Part shown: in pieces, positions 50,201 to 62,329 of the stretch | Layout: each line of letters opens with the position of its first letter | How positions within the stretch are numbered: the stretch's first letter is position 1 | Origin: Camelus dromedarius | Taxonomy: Eukaryota | DNA: 64,000 bases | Direction: 5' to 3' | Assembly: GCF_036321535.1 (NCBI RefSeq) | Contig: NC_087437.1 | Coordinates: forward strand, 116,314,001-116,378,000 | The notes under the pieces: generated by a model | The model's input: only the letters and a program-made list of their open reading frames with translations | The model's database searches: none | Told to the model about the DNA's origin: nothing | Made by a program: the position numbers and the translations under genes

Positions 50201-52548
50201 CCTCCCTCAGTGACTCCTGCAATGCCCATCCTCCCTGGGTCACCACAAAGTTCTCCCTCTGACCTGTTATAGGCTCTCATACTGACAAAATCTCTCCTGC
50301 AGTTATCGCTGGTCTGCCCAAGGTATACAAGTAAGTCTCTTACTCAATGTCAAATCCGTGAATCTGGCTGACAGCAAACAGTTCTCTGGCTCAGTTACTC
50401 TGATTTAAATTCTTTGTAGCTCAGAGACCAACATTTGCATCTCCATTCAAAATCACAGTAGCAGCCATCAAAACAAGTATTTCTAGGACAAACTGAATCT
50501 CTTTCAAGTCATCCTCAAATGACAGACCCAAGGAAGAGCATGATCTGAGCCTTGCTAGGTGAATTAGCACTGGCCACCCTTGTCTCTCCCTGGGCTGAGG
50601 GGTGTCCCAGCCATCACACCCCAGCCACTCTCCTCTCTAACACCTGAGGCACCATGTCTTCAAAATCCACCATACCCTAAAACAGAGTGGGAAAAAAGGA
50701 AGCTCCAGGATCCATTGTTCTACGGAGCAAGAAGGCCAGCTGGTTGCGCAGACCATTGTACTGAACCAACTCTCAGGACCAGCGTAGCGATATTTCCGCA
50801 CAACCCTGACACCAGCTCACAGTCCCTGGCTTTTGCAACTCCACCGAAGGCATCTATGAGATTGCTTCAAACAAACACACCCTGGCCGAATGCTTTACAG
50901 ATCGCTTTTATTTTTGTGAGCATGAATGGAAAGTTCTTTAGAAGGCTCACAAAATCATGGCAATTTTCCTCCACGTCCCAGGTTCTCCCAAGGGCGCATC
51001 TGCTGGAGGTGAACTCGGGATTCTCCAGAGCTAGTGGGACGTGTGCACTTCAGTTTTCCTTTTTTTCAATTTGCACAGTGGGTTTCTTTAGCGCCAGTCT
51101 AGTTCACTCCAGACCCTGGGTCCTCCCTCCCCGTCTACCATTAAATGGCCTGTGACAGAGGAGACTAAGCACTTTGGCTGACACTGTCCACCACCTGCCC
51201 AGGAGGAACAGGGGAGCAAACTTTCTCTCTGAGGCTGGAGAAGAAAAGAGCGCCAGCCTGAAGTCACTACGAGGTACCAGGGCCGTGTGAGGGTGAGAAC
51301 AGCTCTGAGAAGCATCTTCACTCGGGCTGTTTAGCTCCCTGGCCCCTCGTCTTCTGCACTGGGCAGAAAGAGCAGCGGCAAGCTTAGCGCCTTGGACCAG
51401 TTCAGACTGAGACTCGTGCAGCCTGGACACGTGACAGAGGTCAAAGCCCAACAGCTTGGGTCTAAGAAGACGGAATTCTAGATCCATGTGTGAATATAGA
51501 GAAACCATCCTGTGGCCTCGATCACGAGGCTGTCGTATGTCATTGCGCTCATGGGGTTGTACGTCCCGGGGAGGGGACAGACATTTAAACCATGCTTGCC
51601 CAATGCCAAGCCTTCCTTCTCCCCCGGCAACACCTGATCCTCCTTTGGTGCACGGCCCTTGCTCCGGGAAGCCTCCTCCCTCCTCTCCTGGGGGATGGAC
51701 TCCTTTCCCTTCCTGCTCCGACAGCCTCTATCCCTAGAGGTGGGGCCTCTACTGTAAAGTCAGTGCTTTAGGTTAAACATCCCCGTCTGTCTCCCCAGAT
51801 CTAGGTTACTAGCCTGCACGGTTAAACATCTACGTGGGTGAGTCTGCGTCTGGCTCTGGGTGGCTCTACTGAAACATCTGGAACCCCAGGCTGTGTGACT
51901 GGGGCTGGCGCTGAGGCGCTCCGTGGACATGTGGGAAGGAGCAGGCCGGCTTTCCGAGCACAGGGCGCTTTCTGATGTCTGGGTCACCTTTAGGTTCCCA
52001 GAATCTAACGTCCTGCTTGGCACTAATAGGCACCTGATAAGTCGTGATATTTTTGTGTGAGTGACACATACATTAATTACCTAAGTAAGTCATCGGGAAA
52101 GACATAAAGTAAGATTCAGGTGTAAGTTTTATCAATGGCATGCTTCTGCTCTGAAACCACCTGCTCTGGCGACAGCTGGGAATGCGTCACTAGTGCTATG
52201 TAAGAGGAATGCCTCTTGCTTTGCGCTGTTCCCTGGCCAGTACAGGTGACACGGATATGCCTCTGTAAACTCAAAATGGGACTGATCCTTTATCGCCAGG
52301 CATCGAGAGCAGCTAGTTAAGGGGCCGACCGGCTTTCAACTCCGCAGTTCAGGGACTGTTCATGCCACCTCTGAACGAACTGTCTGACTGATTCTAGGCT
52401 CCAGATCCCCAGAGGCAGAACAGGACTGTTTAGGACTCGCTTCAGATCCAGGATGAGCTGGCTTTGTGTCACGTGACTTAGGTCACGGCTCTCCCGGGAC
52501 ATCCTGGGAGGTCCCTCAATGACCAGATGACACAGGGTGTTTGCGTAC

Positions 52549-52620
52549 CTGGCCTAGTTGTAATTCTTTGCGTGGCTTCAGGATATACTGAAGTATTGGG
52601 GAAAATAAAAGTTGCACCCC
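52549..52620 (-). CDS. ERG: ERG 72-nt alternative exon (GGATFIFPNTSVYPEATQRITTRP)
   Basis: Acceptor tctgcag|GGGG, donor CCAG|gtacgc; length 72; peptide recognised as ERG. Confidence 0.97.
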
Positions 52621-54529
52621 CTGCAGACAAAAGGAAAGACAAAACACGTGAAGGTCTTTGGCTGTGGTCGTCCATCTCAGCGACAGCGCCTACTCCACTT
52701 TGCCCCGTGACAGCCGAGGGAGACCACCTCCTGGAACCTGCCACACAGACTCGGGAGGGAGGGCCAGCACACGGGGCAGAGACACATCCTGAAGACGGGA
52801 GGGGACGCGGAGCTCTGCTGTGCCCCGCTTGGCACAAGATGTCTTGTGTTCTGATTGTGCGACTTCCTCCTGAAGCCCTGCTGTGTGTCTTCCCAGCCCC
52901 TCCCCTGTCCCATCCCCAGCAAGCTCATTTTATTAAAACAGTTCTATGGTGGGTGTTTTAATTATCAAAGTGTATAAAAACCCATAAAACATCTTACAGA
53001 GCCCTTGGAAAGTAAGTACCAAAGAATTATGACTATTTTACCAAGGAATGTATGGATCTTATTAAAAATGAATCCACATCTCTCCCTAAAAGCACTTTCT
53101 CCCTTTCTCTCTCTCAATCAATGCTCAAATCAGGGGCGGAAAACAAACCCCCTTTTCACAGTTTAGCCCATTTGGAATTGGTTGTTCTGTGTTTCAGTTG
53201 CTTCTAGGTTTTGCAATAACAAAAATAATGAAATCAGAGCTTTTTGAAACTTTCACTTACTGCTAAAAGTTCTTTTAAACAACTATGAAATTATCAGAAA
53301 GTGTGTGTCTCAAAGGTGTTTCTGAAGGGGGGAGATGACTTTGTCTAAGGAACTTGGTATTTCTGGCCCAAGGTCATTAATAGGCTGATATGTGCAACTT
53401 ACATTGAAAAAGTGCACTATTGACTCAAAGCAACTTTTTTTCTGACTTTAGATTACTCAGTTCTGAATATTGAGAACCAAGACCATTAGTCATTTCTCTG
53501 TAATTCTCAAATCTGGACTCCCTCACACTCTACATTTAGAAAGAACAAGGCAACTATTTGGGAAATGGCTGTACTTCGATGGAAGGGCTGCCCATGAATT
53601 GGCTGGCTTGCTTCCGAGCGGTGACCTAATCTTTCCCACACTCGATGGTTTTCTCCCCAGCCTGGGGGTGGCAGAGGGTCCCTGCAGGCTGGTACGGGGG
53701 GTGAGCAGCCTGAGGCCATGCTTCTGTTGTGTCTCCATCAGGAGGGAGGAAATGCATGGGACCAGGAGAACATTCATCCACAGAAAGCCCAGCCTCTACT
53801 CTCAGCCTTTACTAGGACGGGAGGGAGGAGGGTTAGCTGGGGAGAAGCAGTATGTTAAACTCCACAAGGCTCAGGCACAACAAATACACAGATAAACAAA
53901 CAAATACATAAAAGGTAGACTCAATGGTTAGACACAGGATAGCAGGTATTCGGTTAGTAACTAATCTCATATCTGCCAAAATTATAACACAGTTTCCCTC
54001 TCAACCAAAGCTCACAAAAAACAAGCAACATCCCCTCCAACCTCCTTTTGCAAAGGTACAGTCTGTGCGAGGAGATTAACGTCCAGACAACTCAAATGGC
54101 CTAAGCCTTTACCAAAGGGGAAAATAAAACTGCTTGTCCAAGTCAACATTCCTTTAACAATAAAAATTTATAAAGGGAAAAAAATTGGAGAATCCTAAGG
54201 GTCCCTTTATCCAGAAGATGCTTTCAGTTTCTATAATCAGCACAGTGCCTACTGGAGGACTGACTGTAATCCAGCACATGGGCTAAGGCTATGGCCAAAG
54301 GCTAATTCCACCCAGCTCCTGGTTGAAAGAAATCCTTCCCCTGGCGAGGAGAGGGGGAAGTGTTCAGGGACCGAAGAGCGCCCCCTGCCTTGTGTGCCTC
54401 CAGCACAGAGTCTCCGACCTACCACGGACCCCTCAACCTGATGAACGTCCCACGTTCTACCTGGAAAGCATGCAGCCTGCAGACAAGAGCCTATGCCTGT
54501 CCTGTGGGGAGGGGCAGGGCCAGCATTAC

Positions 54530-54610
54530 CTGTGTTTCTAGCATGCATTAACCGTGGAGAGTTTTGTAAGGCTTTATCAACATCATCGGAAGTCAAATGT
54601 GGAAGAGGTG
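54530..54610 (-). CDS. ERG: ERG 81-nt alternative exon (TPLPHLTSDDVDKALQNSPRLMHARNT)
   Basis: Acceptor tttgtag|CACC, donor ACAG|gtaatg; length 81; peptide recognised as ERG. Confidence 0.97.
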
Positions 54611-54673
54611 CTACAAAACAAAACACAAAGCAACATCCAAATGAAAAAAAAGAGAGAGCGAATGACCTTCCTT

Positions 54674-54684
54674 AAAAAAAAAAA

Positions 54685-54714
<30 letters not shown>
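54674..54714 (+). repeat. A20 plus (GAA)7 microsatellite
   Basis: Read directly from the sequence. Confidence 0.9.
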
Positions 54715-54715
<1 letters not shown>

Positions 54716-55430
54716 GACAAACATCCCCACCCCAATCCCCACCCTAATATTAAGGGCTGCTTGGAAATCTGTCCATGGCCCTGCTACTTGTTAGCGTGTT
54801 AAAACCTGGATGGGGGGCCCATGTTTAATTCCAGGAAAAAGTGGTTGGGATGCCAGGCAAAGCATTGACACTCAAGAGTTCACACCACCCATTGCTGCAC
54901 TACGTCTACATCTCCTTCTGATCATGCTTGACATTTGAAGAAGTAAAGCATGCAGCAGACTCTGTGGATTCATGCCTCTCATCGCCAGTATGCCATTCCC
55001 ACTCTGACAGGCTGGGCCACACCTCAAGACACCGAGCAGACACTTCGCTCGTGTCATCTTCCAGCGGGATATGGAAGGGGAGCTTCGTTCGGCTTTAGGG
55101 AAGATAAACTCCATAATTCTCATCAAGGAGGAGCCTTTCTGTAAGGTTCCTCTTTCAATTTAGGCATCGTGGAGATGAAATAATGGGTGACCGGATGAAT
55201 AATAAACAATGTGTTTCCCTCTGACATGTGATCTTCTTGGTTGGGGGACCCTGGAGGAGGCAGCAGGGCTACTCACTACACATTCATCTAAGTCATCACC
55301 TTCTAAGCATTCAGTTCTCTCAATCCTAAATGGGAATCGGGTTGGGGCAGAAAGAGGATGGACCTCTCTGCATCTCAGGTTAACAAGAACCTCTCGACAG
55401 GGATCTCTGTTGGAGTGGGGACCGTCTTAC

Positions 55431-55634
55431 TCTCTCTGAGGTAGTGGAGATGCGACAGAAGGATGTCAGCATTGTAGCTCGGGGTGAGCCTCTGAAAGTC
55501 GTCTTTGGTCATCTTGCACAGTTCCTTTCCATCGATATTCTGAAATAATAAGATGTCGACGTCCGGAAGGCCGTATTCTTTCACTGCCCACTCCAGCCAC
55601 TGCCGGACGTGGTCTGTACTCCATAGTGTAGGAT
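55431..55634 (-). CDS. ERG: ERG coding exon, 204 nt, PNT/SAM domain ([16 protein letters not shown]...LHYLRE)
   Basis: Translation matches the ERG pointed domain; acceptor tttcag|ATCC and donor GAGA|gtaaga on the minus strand; phase 1-1. Upstream exons lie outside the window. Confidence 0.98.
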
Positions 55635-55974
55635 CTGAAAGGGGATGCAAGCACATTTGATCAACTCCTGGAGACAAACTTCTGGGCAGAGCCACATCCC
55701 AGGTGGGATCTCCCGCCAGCCACAGATTTCCAGACCACCCCTCCTGCTCTTCCAGAAGCACGGCCTCAAGCCAGGCTCGGTGACTGGTCCCAGGAGATCA
55801 TCTTTGGGGAACAAACCGACTCAGTCAGAGACCACTGTCTTCCAGGTGAATTGTTCTGAAAGTTCAGGATTATTCGTACCACCTGCTCCTGTTGCTCAGC
55901 TAGTCCAAGGTTTCCCACAGGGATGGGCTTCTCTTTTTATTAATTTCTTTTCATTTTTATTTATTCATTTATTC

Positions 55975-56090
55975 ATCTGAAAAAGAACAGCTATAGCTAT
56001 AGACGTACGTGTAACTGAATCCCTTTGCTACACACCTGAAACTAACACAGCACTGTAAATCAACTGTACTTCAATCCAAAAAAAGAAAGA
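55975..56090 (+). mobile_element. Short L1 3'-end fragment
   Basis: gtaactgaatccctttgctacacacctgaaactaacacagcactgtaaatcaactgtacttcaat followed by an A-rich tail. Confidence 0.75.
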
Positions 56091-59000
56091 ATGGGGGAAA
56101 AAATAAGAATAAATGAAAATCTTCTTTCCTTAGAAAACTACTGGCATCTTTATATGAAACTAAGACCACACATGTCAGGAGGTTGCTAATTACAGATTAC
56201 CAAGAAAAACACAACAGTATTTGTATGAAAGATGAAAAACTATGGAGCACAGAACTGGAGGTAAAGTGGAGGTCAACCAGAAGGCTAGCACCTCCTGTGC
56301 GCTTGGGTTTCTAAGAGAGAGCTGTCAGTTACATGCCTTTCCTGCAGGGAACTTGGTTTTGCCAGTAACTCACACCTGCAGGAGGCAGGCTGGCTTCCAC
56401 AGTCCACAGCTGTGGTAGAAACACCCCACAGGATGCAGGCAGCATCACGCTCCACTGCCATGTATGGGAGGGGACCCCGGCAGGACCAGGAGGACAGGGC
56501 CCTGGGGAGAAGGAGCAGGTGATCCCCAACGGAAACACAAGCTGGAAGCACCCCACACAAACAGCTTGGGTGGAGGGGTCCTCGGGGCACCACTGGCACA
56601 CAGGGCTCCTTCCTGGGGTCCCCGAGAGCTGAGAGACACCAGGGCAAGAATCAGGAGCCCAGAGCTCTAATCCCAGGGTCTCTCAGCTCACTGCGGCCTC
56701 CGGAGGCTGCTTCTCCTGTGTCTGTTTCACATGAGAGATGGAAAGCCTTGGTCTTGGTCCTCTGGACTGGCCCAGAGCAGGCAAGCCTGCCATGATGTTC
56801 GGGTCATCACAAGTGGAAACATCTACTGTGGGAATAAATAGCCCTTCTGAATCTCTTTCTAGCTAATAATTTTAGAACCTTGTTTGGTCTTACTAATGTT
56901 CTGAGGTGCTTGAGAATGGGCAGGCGGTGTCCTGCTGGAACACATTTCAGTCTAAGAAGTCAGTGAGAAACAACCAGACACAGTCCTGAAACTAGAATTC
57001 TCCCTCCCTTTCTTCTTTCTTTTCCTTTCTCCCTCTCTTTCTGCCTCCCCCTCCCTCCCTTCTTTTGTTCATTCTCTACCATTTCATATCTTTTTTTAAT
57101 AGAAAGAAATTATTTCAAATCCGATAGAATCCATTCCTATCCCATTTCCCTCCTGGACCCCCCAGGAGTAACCTCTATCCTAAAGTGATACAGCCGTCAT
57201 CCTTATGTATCTCTTACCAGATCGACTACATCTATTGTTTTGTGCCTTTAAAGTGAACATCAGTGGTATCTGATTTGCTTTTGGTGCTCAGCGCTGTATT
57301 TTCAAGGTGTGTCCAAGTTAAGCTATGGAGGTATATTCCATTATCTCAGCAGCTCTCGGGCACCTCTCTATGAATATACCCAATTTACTTATTGATGAAC
57401 ATCCCTGTGTCTACCTCCCTGCACACATGTGAAGGAGCCTGCCTTGGTCCGCTGCCTGGGCAATGACGGGGAAATGAAAACCTACTGACACCTGTCTCAC
57501 CCACGAGGATTCTGACTGAATTCTGCTGGGGGGCAGCCCAGGCGTGAGCTGTCCAGGTAATTTTAATGCGGTTCAGACCGTCTACCCTGGGACTTCACTG
57601 TTCAGATGGTGGTTGAGAGACCTAGCAGCAGCCACATCCCCTGGGAACTCATTAGAATGCGGAATCCCAGAAGCCCCCTCGGACCCGCGGAATTAGAGTC
57701 TATTTTCCCAAGATCCTCAGCTGATCCATGTGCACATTACCCTTGGTGAAGCGCTGACCTCGGGTGAGCACCAAGATATGGAATTGCTGGTCACAGGGAC
57801 CGCGAGTCCTCTATGACCAGTACATAGTGGATTTCAACCAATGCTACACGACTCACACTCGCAATCAACCATCGGTGCACAGAATCTGAAAACTAGGAAA
57901 CGTTCCCGTTGCAGCAGAACTTCTCCAAAAGCTCAAATGGCAGTGTTGACAGAAAGGTGTGTGCACCCCTTGGTAATCCAAACACATGGAAACATTTTGT
58001 TAGTCTGCGAAAATTGAATGTTAACTTTGCCCAACTCATTGAAGTTCAGATGGCTCTTTGCCATTGGGTCAGGATTGTGCTTCCAGGGATAAAATGTTCA
58101 AAACCCCAGACTGTTGCCACAGAAGGTCTTTTCCCCCCCTTTTTCTCATGGTATGTCACACTTCCTCATGATGCAGGATCAGATCATATATTGCCCTTAG
58201 GATGATGCCCTTAATTCAAGTCCTCTTTCCTTGTTTCTGTGCAGAGGACGGTTAAACAGCCCCCTCACACGGAAGGCTATCCTTTCCATAGGGGTCCCCA
58301 AGTCATTTCCTATAAATTCCTCTGCTAGATATCAGCCAAAGCTTTCTTTTTGTTTTGTTTTGCTTTTAACAACATGGGAGGACTACGTTTTGGTATAACT
58401 ACTTCCTAGAAATCAGTTCACTCTAGAAATGCATTTTCTTCTCTTAATGGTGGAATCAGATATTTTTTAAATGATTCATCAACATCTTCCTGAAAGTTAC
58501 TGGGCTCATGTTAAAACAGTCAGATGACATCTGAGGAAGACAGCCAGCGAAGAGGTCCAAGCTCTCCACTGTCCCTTGGTTTGCCCAGTAATTGGTTTCC
58601 CTTGCTAAGGCCAAGGTCATAATGGCTCATTCAGTTTTACTTTAAGGCAATCGCATGCAAGACCCTAGAGACCAATTCCTCCTTGACCTGCTCTGTTATT
58701 ATCTCTAAATTCTCACTTTGGATTGGTCAGACGGCAATTCTCTGGGACTGCTGGCGTGAGCATAAATCACTACAACCTTTCCAACAAACAATTCAGCAAT
58801 ATATTTCAAATGCCTTTTAAAAAATGTGCATCATCTCTGAACTAAAAATTCCACTTCTAGAAAGTTACCCTAAGGAAATAATAGAGGAAGTGCGCAATGA
58901 TTTATTTTCAAGGATGTTCTTTGTGGCGTTGTTTATAATAGCAAAACACTGGAAACACCCTAAATGTCCCGCAAAAAGAGAATACATTTAGGAACAGTCC

Positions 59001-62000
59001 TGTGATAGTTAGAAACTAAAAATTACACTGCTGAATATATTTATTGCTATGAAAAAAAAAGTCAAATTGATTAAATTTAAAAATTTGAAAACATTACGGT
59101 AGCATAATTATATTTTACAAAGAAATACAAATCTACCCATGGAAAGAATTTTGGAGGGATATGCAGTGAAATGGCAACTACTGTCTCTGAGGAAAAAGTA
59201 ATGAAGATTTTTAGATTCTTTTCTTTTCACTGAATTGTATATCTTCTCTTATTTCTACAATAAGTTATTTGGTTAAAAAGTTATTTATGAAAAAATGTAT
59301 CCCCTGTTTTAGAATCAAAACAAGGTCTTACAAAGGAATATATATATATATGTGTGTGTGTTTTTATAAAACTTTCAAAGGTATAGAATTTTAATGTTAT
59401 TTTCTCATACAGTTTGTTAACAGGAATTGCTTCATTTGAAAAGAATAAAATTACACAAAGTCACGTTACTCCTGTATCCTTTTGGAATTTGATCTCCGCA
59501 CCTCTACCCTATACATTAATAAGAAAAGAATATTAAAAACAAAATATGGACACTTGATAGAGTAAATGAAGATGCTCCTTTCCAACCTGTCCATGGGCGC
59601 CATAATTCTGGACCTACTCTACAGATGATGTAATAGAGAATAGTTCGCAAGGGATAAGTCCAAACTCTTCAGCCTGAAGCATGTGGCCCTTAGGGCTCTG
59701 GGCCCCACCATTGTCATGGGTGTCATCCCCAACCACCGCCCCCTTCATCCTACAGCACACACAACCAGCTGCCATCTCCTGAACCAACACCCCATGCCTG
59801 TGCCCACACACCACCCACCGCTTGAGGAATCACCCTTTCTTTTACCCTCACCTACACTCACCACCTCCTTTGGGCATCTGTCCTCCATGCCCTTGAGGTG
59901 TGAGCACTTACAGTGAATCTCTGGGCAGGGAAGTGATAACAAGACTGATGGCCCAGCCGCTGCCTCGGTGACAGAGCCCCTGCCGGGCTCTCCCCCAGCT
60001 CTCTGGGTCACCAGGGATGCAGATGCAGATGGATGATACAACTACAGAGAGTGTTTTTAGGGTTCAGGTCAGTGCTTTGGGTCCTGGCTCACCTTTCAAC
60101 TCCACAGAGAGTGCCCTAGGTTTCCTCCATGGCCCAAGATATGTCAGCAAAGCTTTCTTGCTTCTGCCCCAACCCACCAACACAGAAGGCGGCTCCCAAG
60201 GTCCCACAAGATTCAGCAGGATTTATCCCTTCTCCTGACCCCCAACTATGCATGTGAGGGAGAAAGGGGAGGGAGTGACAGAATGAGCCCCAACCAAGGG
60301 TCACCTCTGCCTCTGTTCAGGTGTGACCCCACACCCTCTGTCTCCAGGTAGCAGTACATCAAAACCTGTCACCTAACCTCAAGACTGAGCCTGGGTTTCT
60401 TCCATAAACAGTACGCAGACTCCAAGGACCTAAGGAATGACTCCAACAGGATAGGGACTAAGCTGAACTTAACTGAGTTACTGAGCATTTGCTGCAGGGA
60501 CAGGTGCTTCAGGGATTCAGAGGCGGCCAAGACGAAGATGCTGAGAGTCTCCCGAGGGAGGCAGCCATGAACAGCACCCACCAAGCAGAAGGAAATCTGG
60601 GTTATCCAAGCAGGATGTGGGAGTACAGAGAAGTAGCAACTGGTCCCAACCAGAACAAAGGGAAAGGTTTCACCAGAAGGGTTTGGCTTGAGCCTGTATT
60701 CACAAAAAGGATTTAGACAGACGGTGACAGAGCAGAGAAGCCCTTTAGTTGAGGGGAAGAGCTTAAGCCCAGCTTCACAGACACAGAGGCATGAATCACG
60801 TGATGTTTTGAGGGACATGTGAGCATTTCAGTGTAGCTGGAGTCGAGGGTTTAAGAGGGAGCACAGAAACATATGAGGGTGGAAATGAAAGCTGGGGTTA
60901 GACCAAGGAGAGCCTTGAGTATCTTGCTAAGAAGACTGGACTTTATGATCTAGGAATTTCAGAGTCATTGCAAATGTCTAAGGAATCAACGAATGTCTTA
61001 AATTACATCAAGCACAGCAAACTTAGTGATAAAAATAAAAGGCTTTATTGGGAGCCAGCTTAGCCATATTTGGATTCTGACTCAACCATTCATTAGATGT
61101 AAAAGTTAACCTCTCTGGAATCTGTTTTCTTTTTATTGTGGGTAATTAAGTGAAACGCTAGGGGAATTGGAAAGTAAATGAGATAATGTATGTGAAAGCA
61201 CTTTGCCAACAATAACATATTGCAGAGAAATAATGCATCCACCTACTGGATTTTGCATTGCAAACTCTGCTAAAATGAAATAGGCAATCTATTATCACAG
61301 GAGCAGCCTCTTCCTTTAAACACAGAAGTCTGATTTATTGCTTTATTTTAAGAAGCTTTTGGAGGGGTTTCTGTCAGATGAACTATGAGCCACTGGAGAT
61401 AAGCTGTTTTGCGTGCAGCCCTCCAGGCCAATTGTTTTGAAAACATCTGTATCATCACCCCGCATTTCGCGGACATCAAAATGGTAAAGATTCGCGGTAC
61501 AGGGTAAAAGAAAAAAAAGCCATCTCTCTCTCTAAAGCCTCTTATTTGTATCTTCGATTACATGGTTAATATCTAAAAGTTTATGAATGCTATTTCAGTA
61601 CACTGGGATTAAAACAAACAAAAGCAAAGCTGTCTTCTGGAGTTGCCCTGTTTAAGGTACTGGAGGTGGGGGTCAAGCAGTGCTGGGGGGGAGGGTTGAA
61701 TTTTCTTTTTTTACACTTCCCTGAAACTGGATTCTGACTTAGTAGAGCCCCACTGCTGCCAGGAAAATATTAAGTCGATATTTAAATTAGGCAAAAGGAT
61801 ATTGCATTGCTGAAGACATACTGCGTCTTCATGAAACAAAATATCTCATGCAGGCAAACATCCTGTTTCAGAGACCCCCCAAGAGGAATGAATAAAAGCA
61901 AGATTAAGCAAGAACCAACTTGGTGATAATATAAGCCCTGAGTGTCATTTGTCTTGAACAATAGCAATGCAAAATATTGGCTTCCAGATAGAAAAATCAC

Positions 62001-62329
62001 CCTCGGTAATGAACAAATACCAAAAAAAATAAAATGTACCTCTAAGCCATATCACAATCCTATGAGGTCTTTGTTTATAAAACCAGACCCTGGCAAGTCC
62101 GCCAGTCTGCTCTCCAAGACACTCAGAAGCCTGCAAAAATAAGATTTAACATTTTGCCGCCTCGTAGGAACAGACTTACATTTATAAAGTCCAATAAAGA
62201 GAAATGGCTCAAATCTGAGCTTCACTCCACCAGAAATTGAAATTTGATCTCAAGTAAAGAACCTACCCTCAAGGTTATTCCTGAACCTTTTAATTTCCAA
62301 ACTATGAATGGAGTTCAGTTATTGCATTG

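Noticed and set aside
50580..51508. 191-aa and 134-aa intronic ORFs
   Set aside because: No recognisable homology; consistent with chance ORFs.
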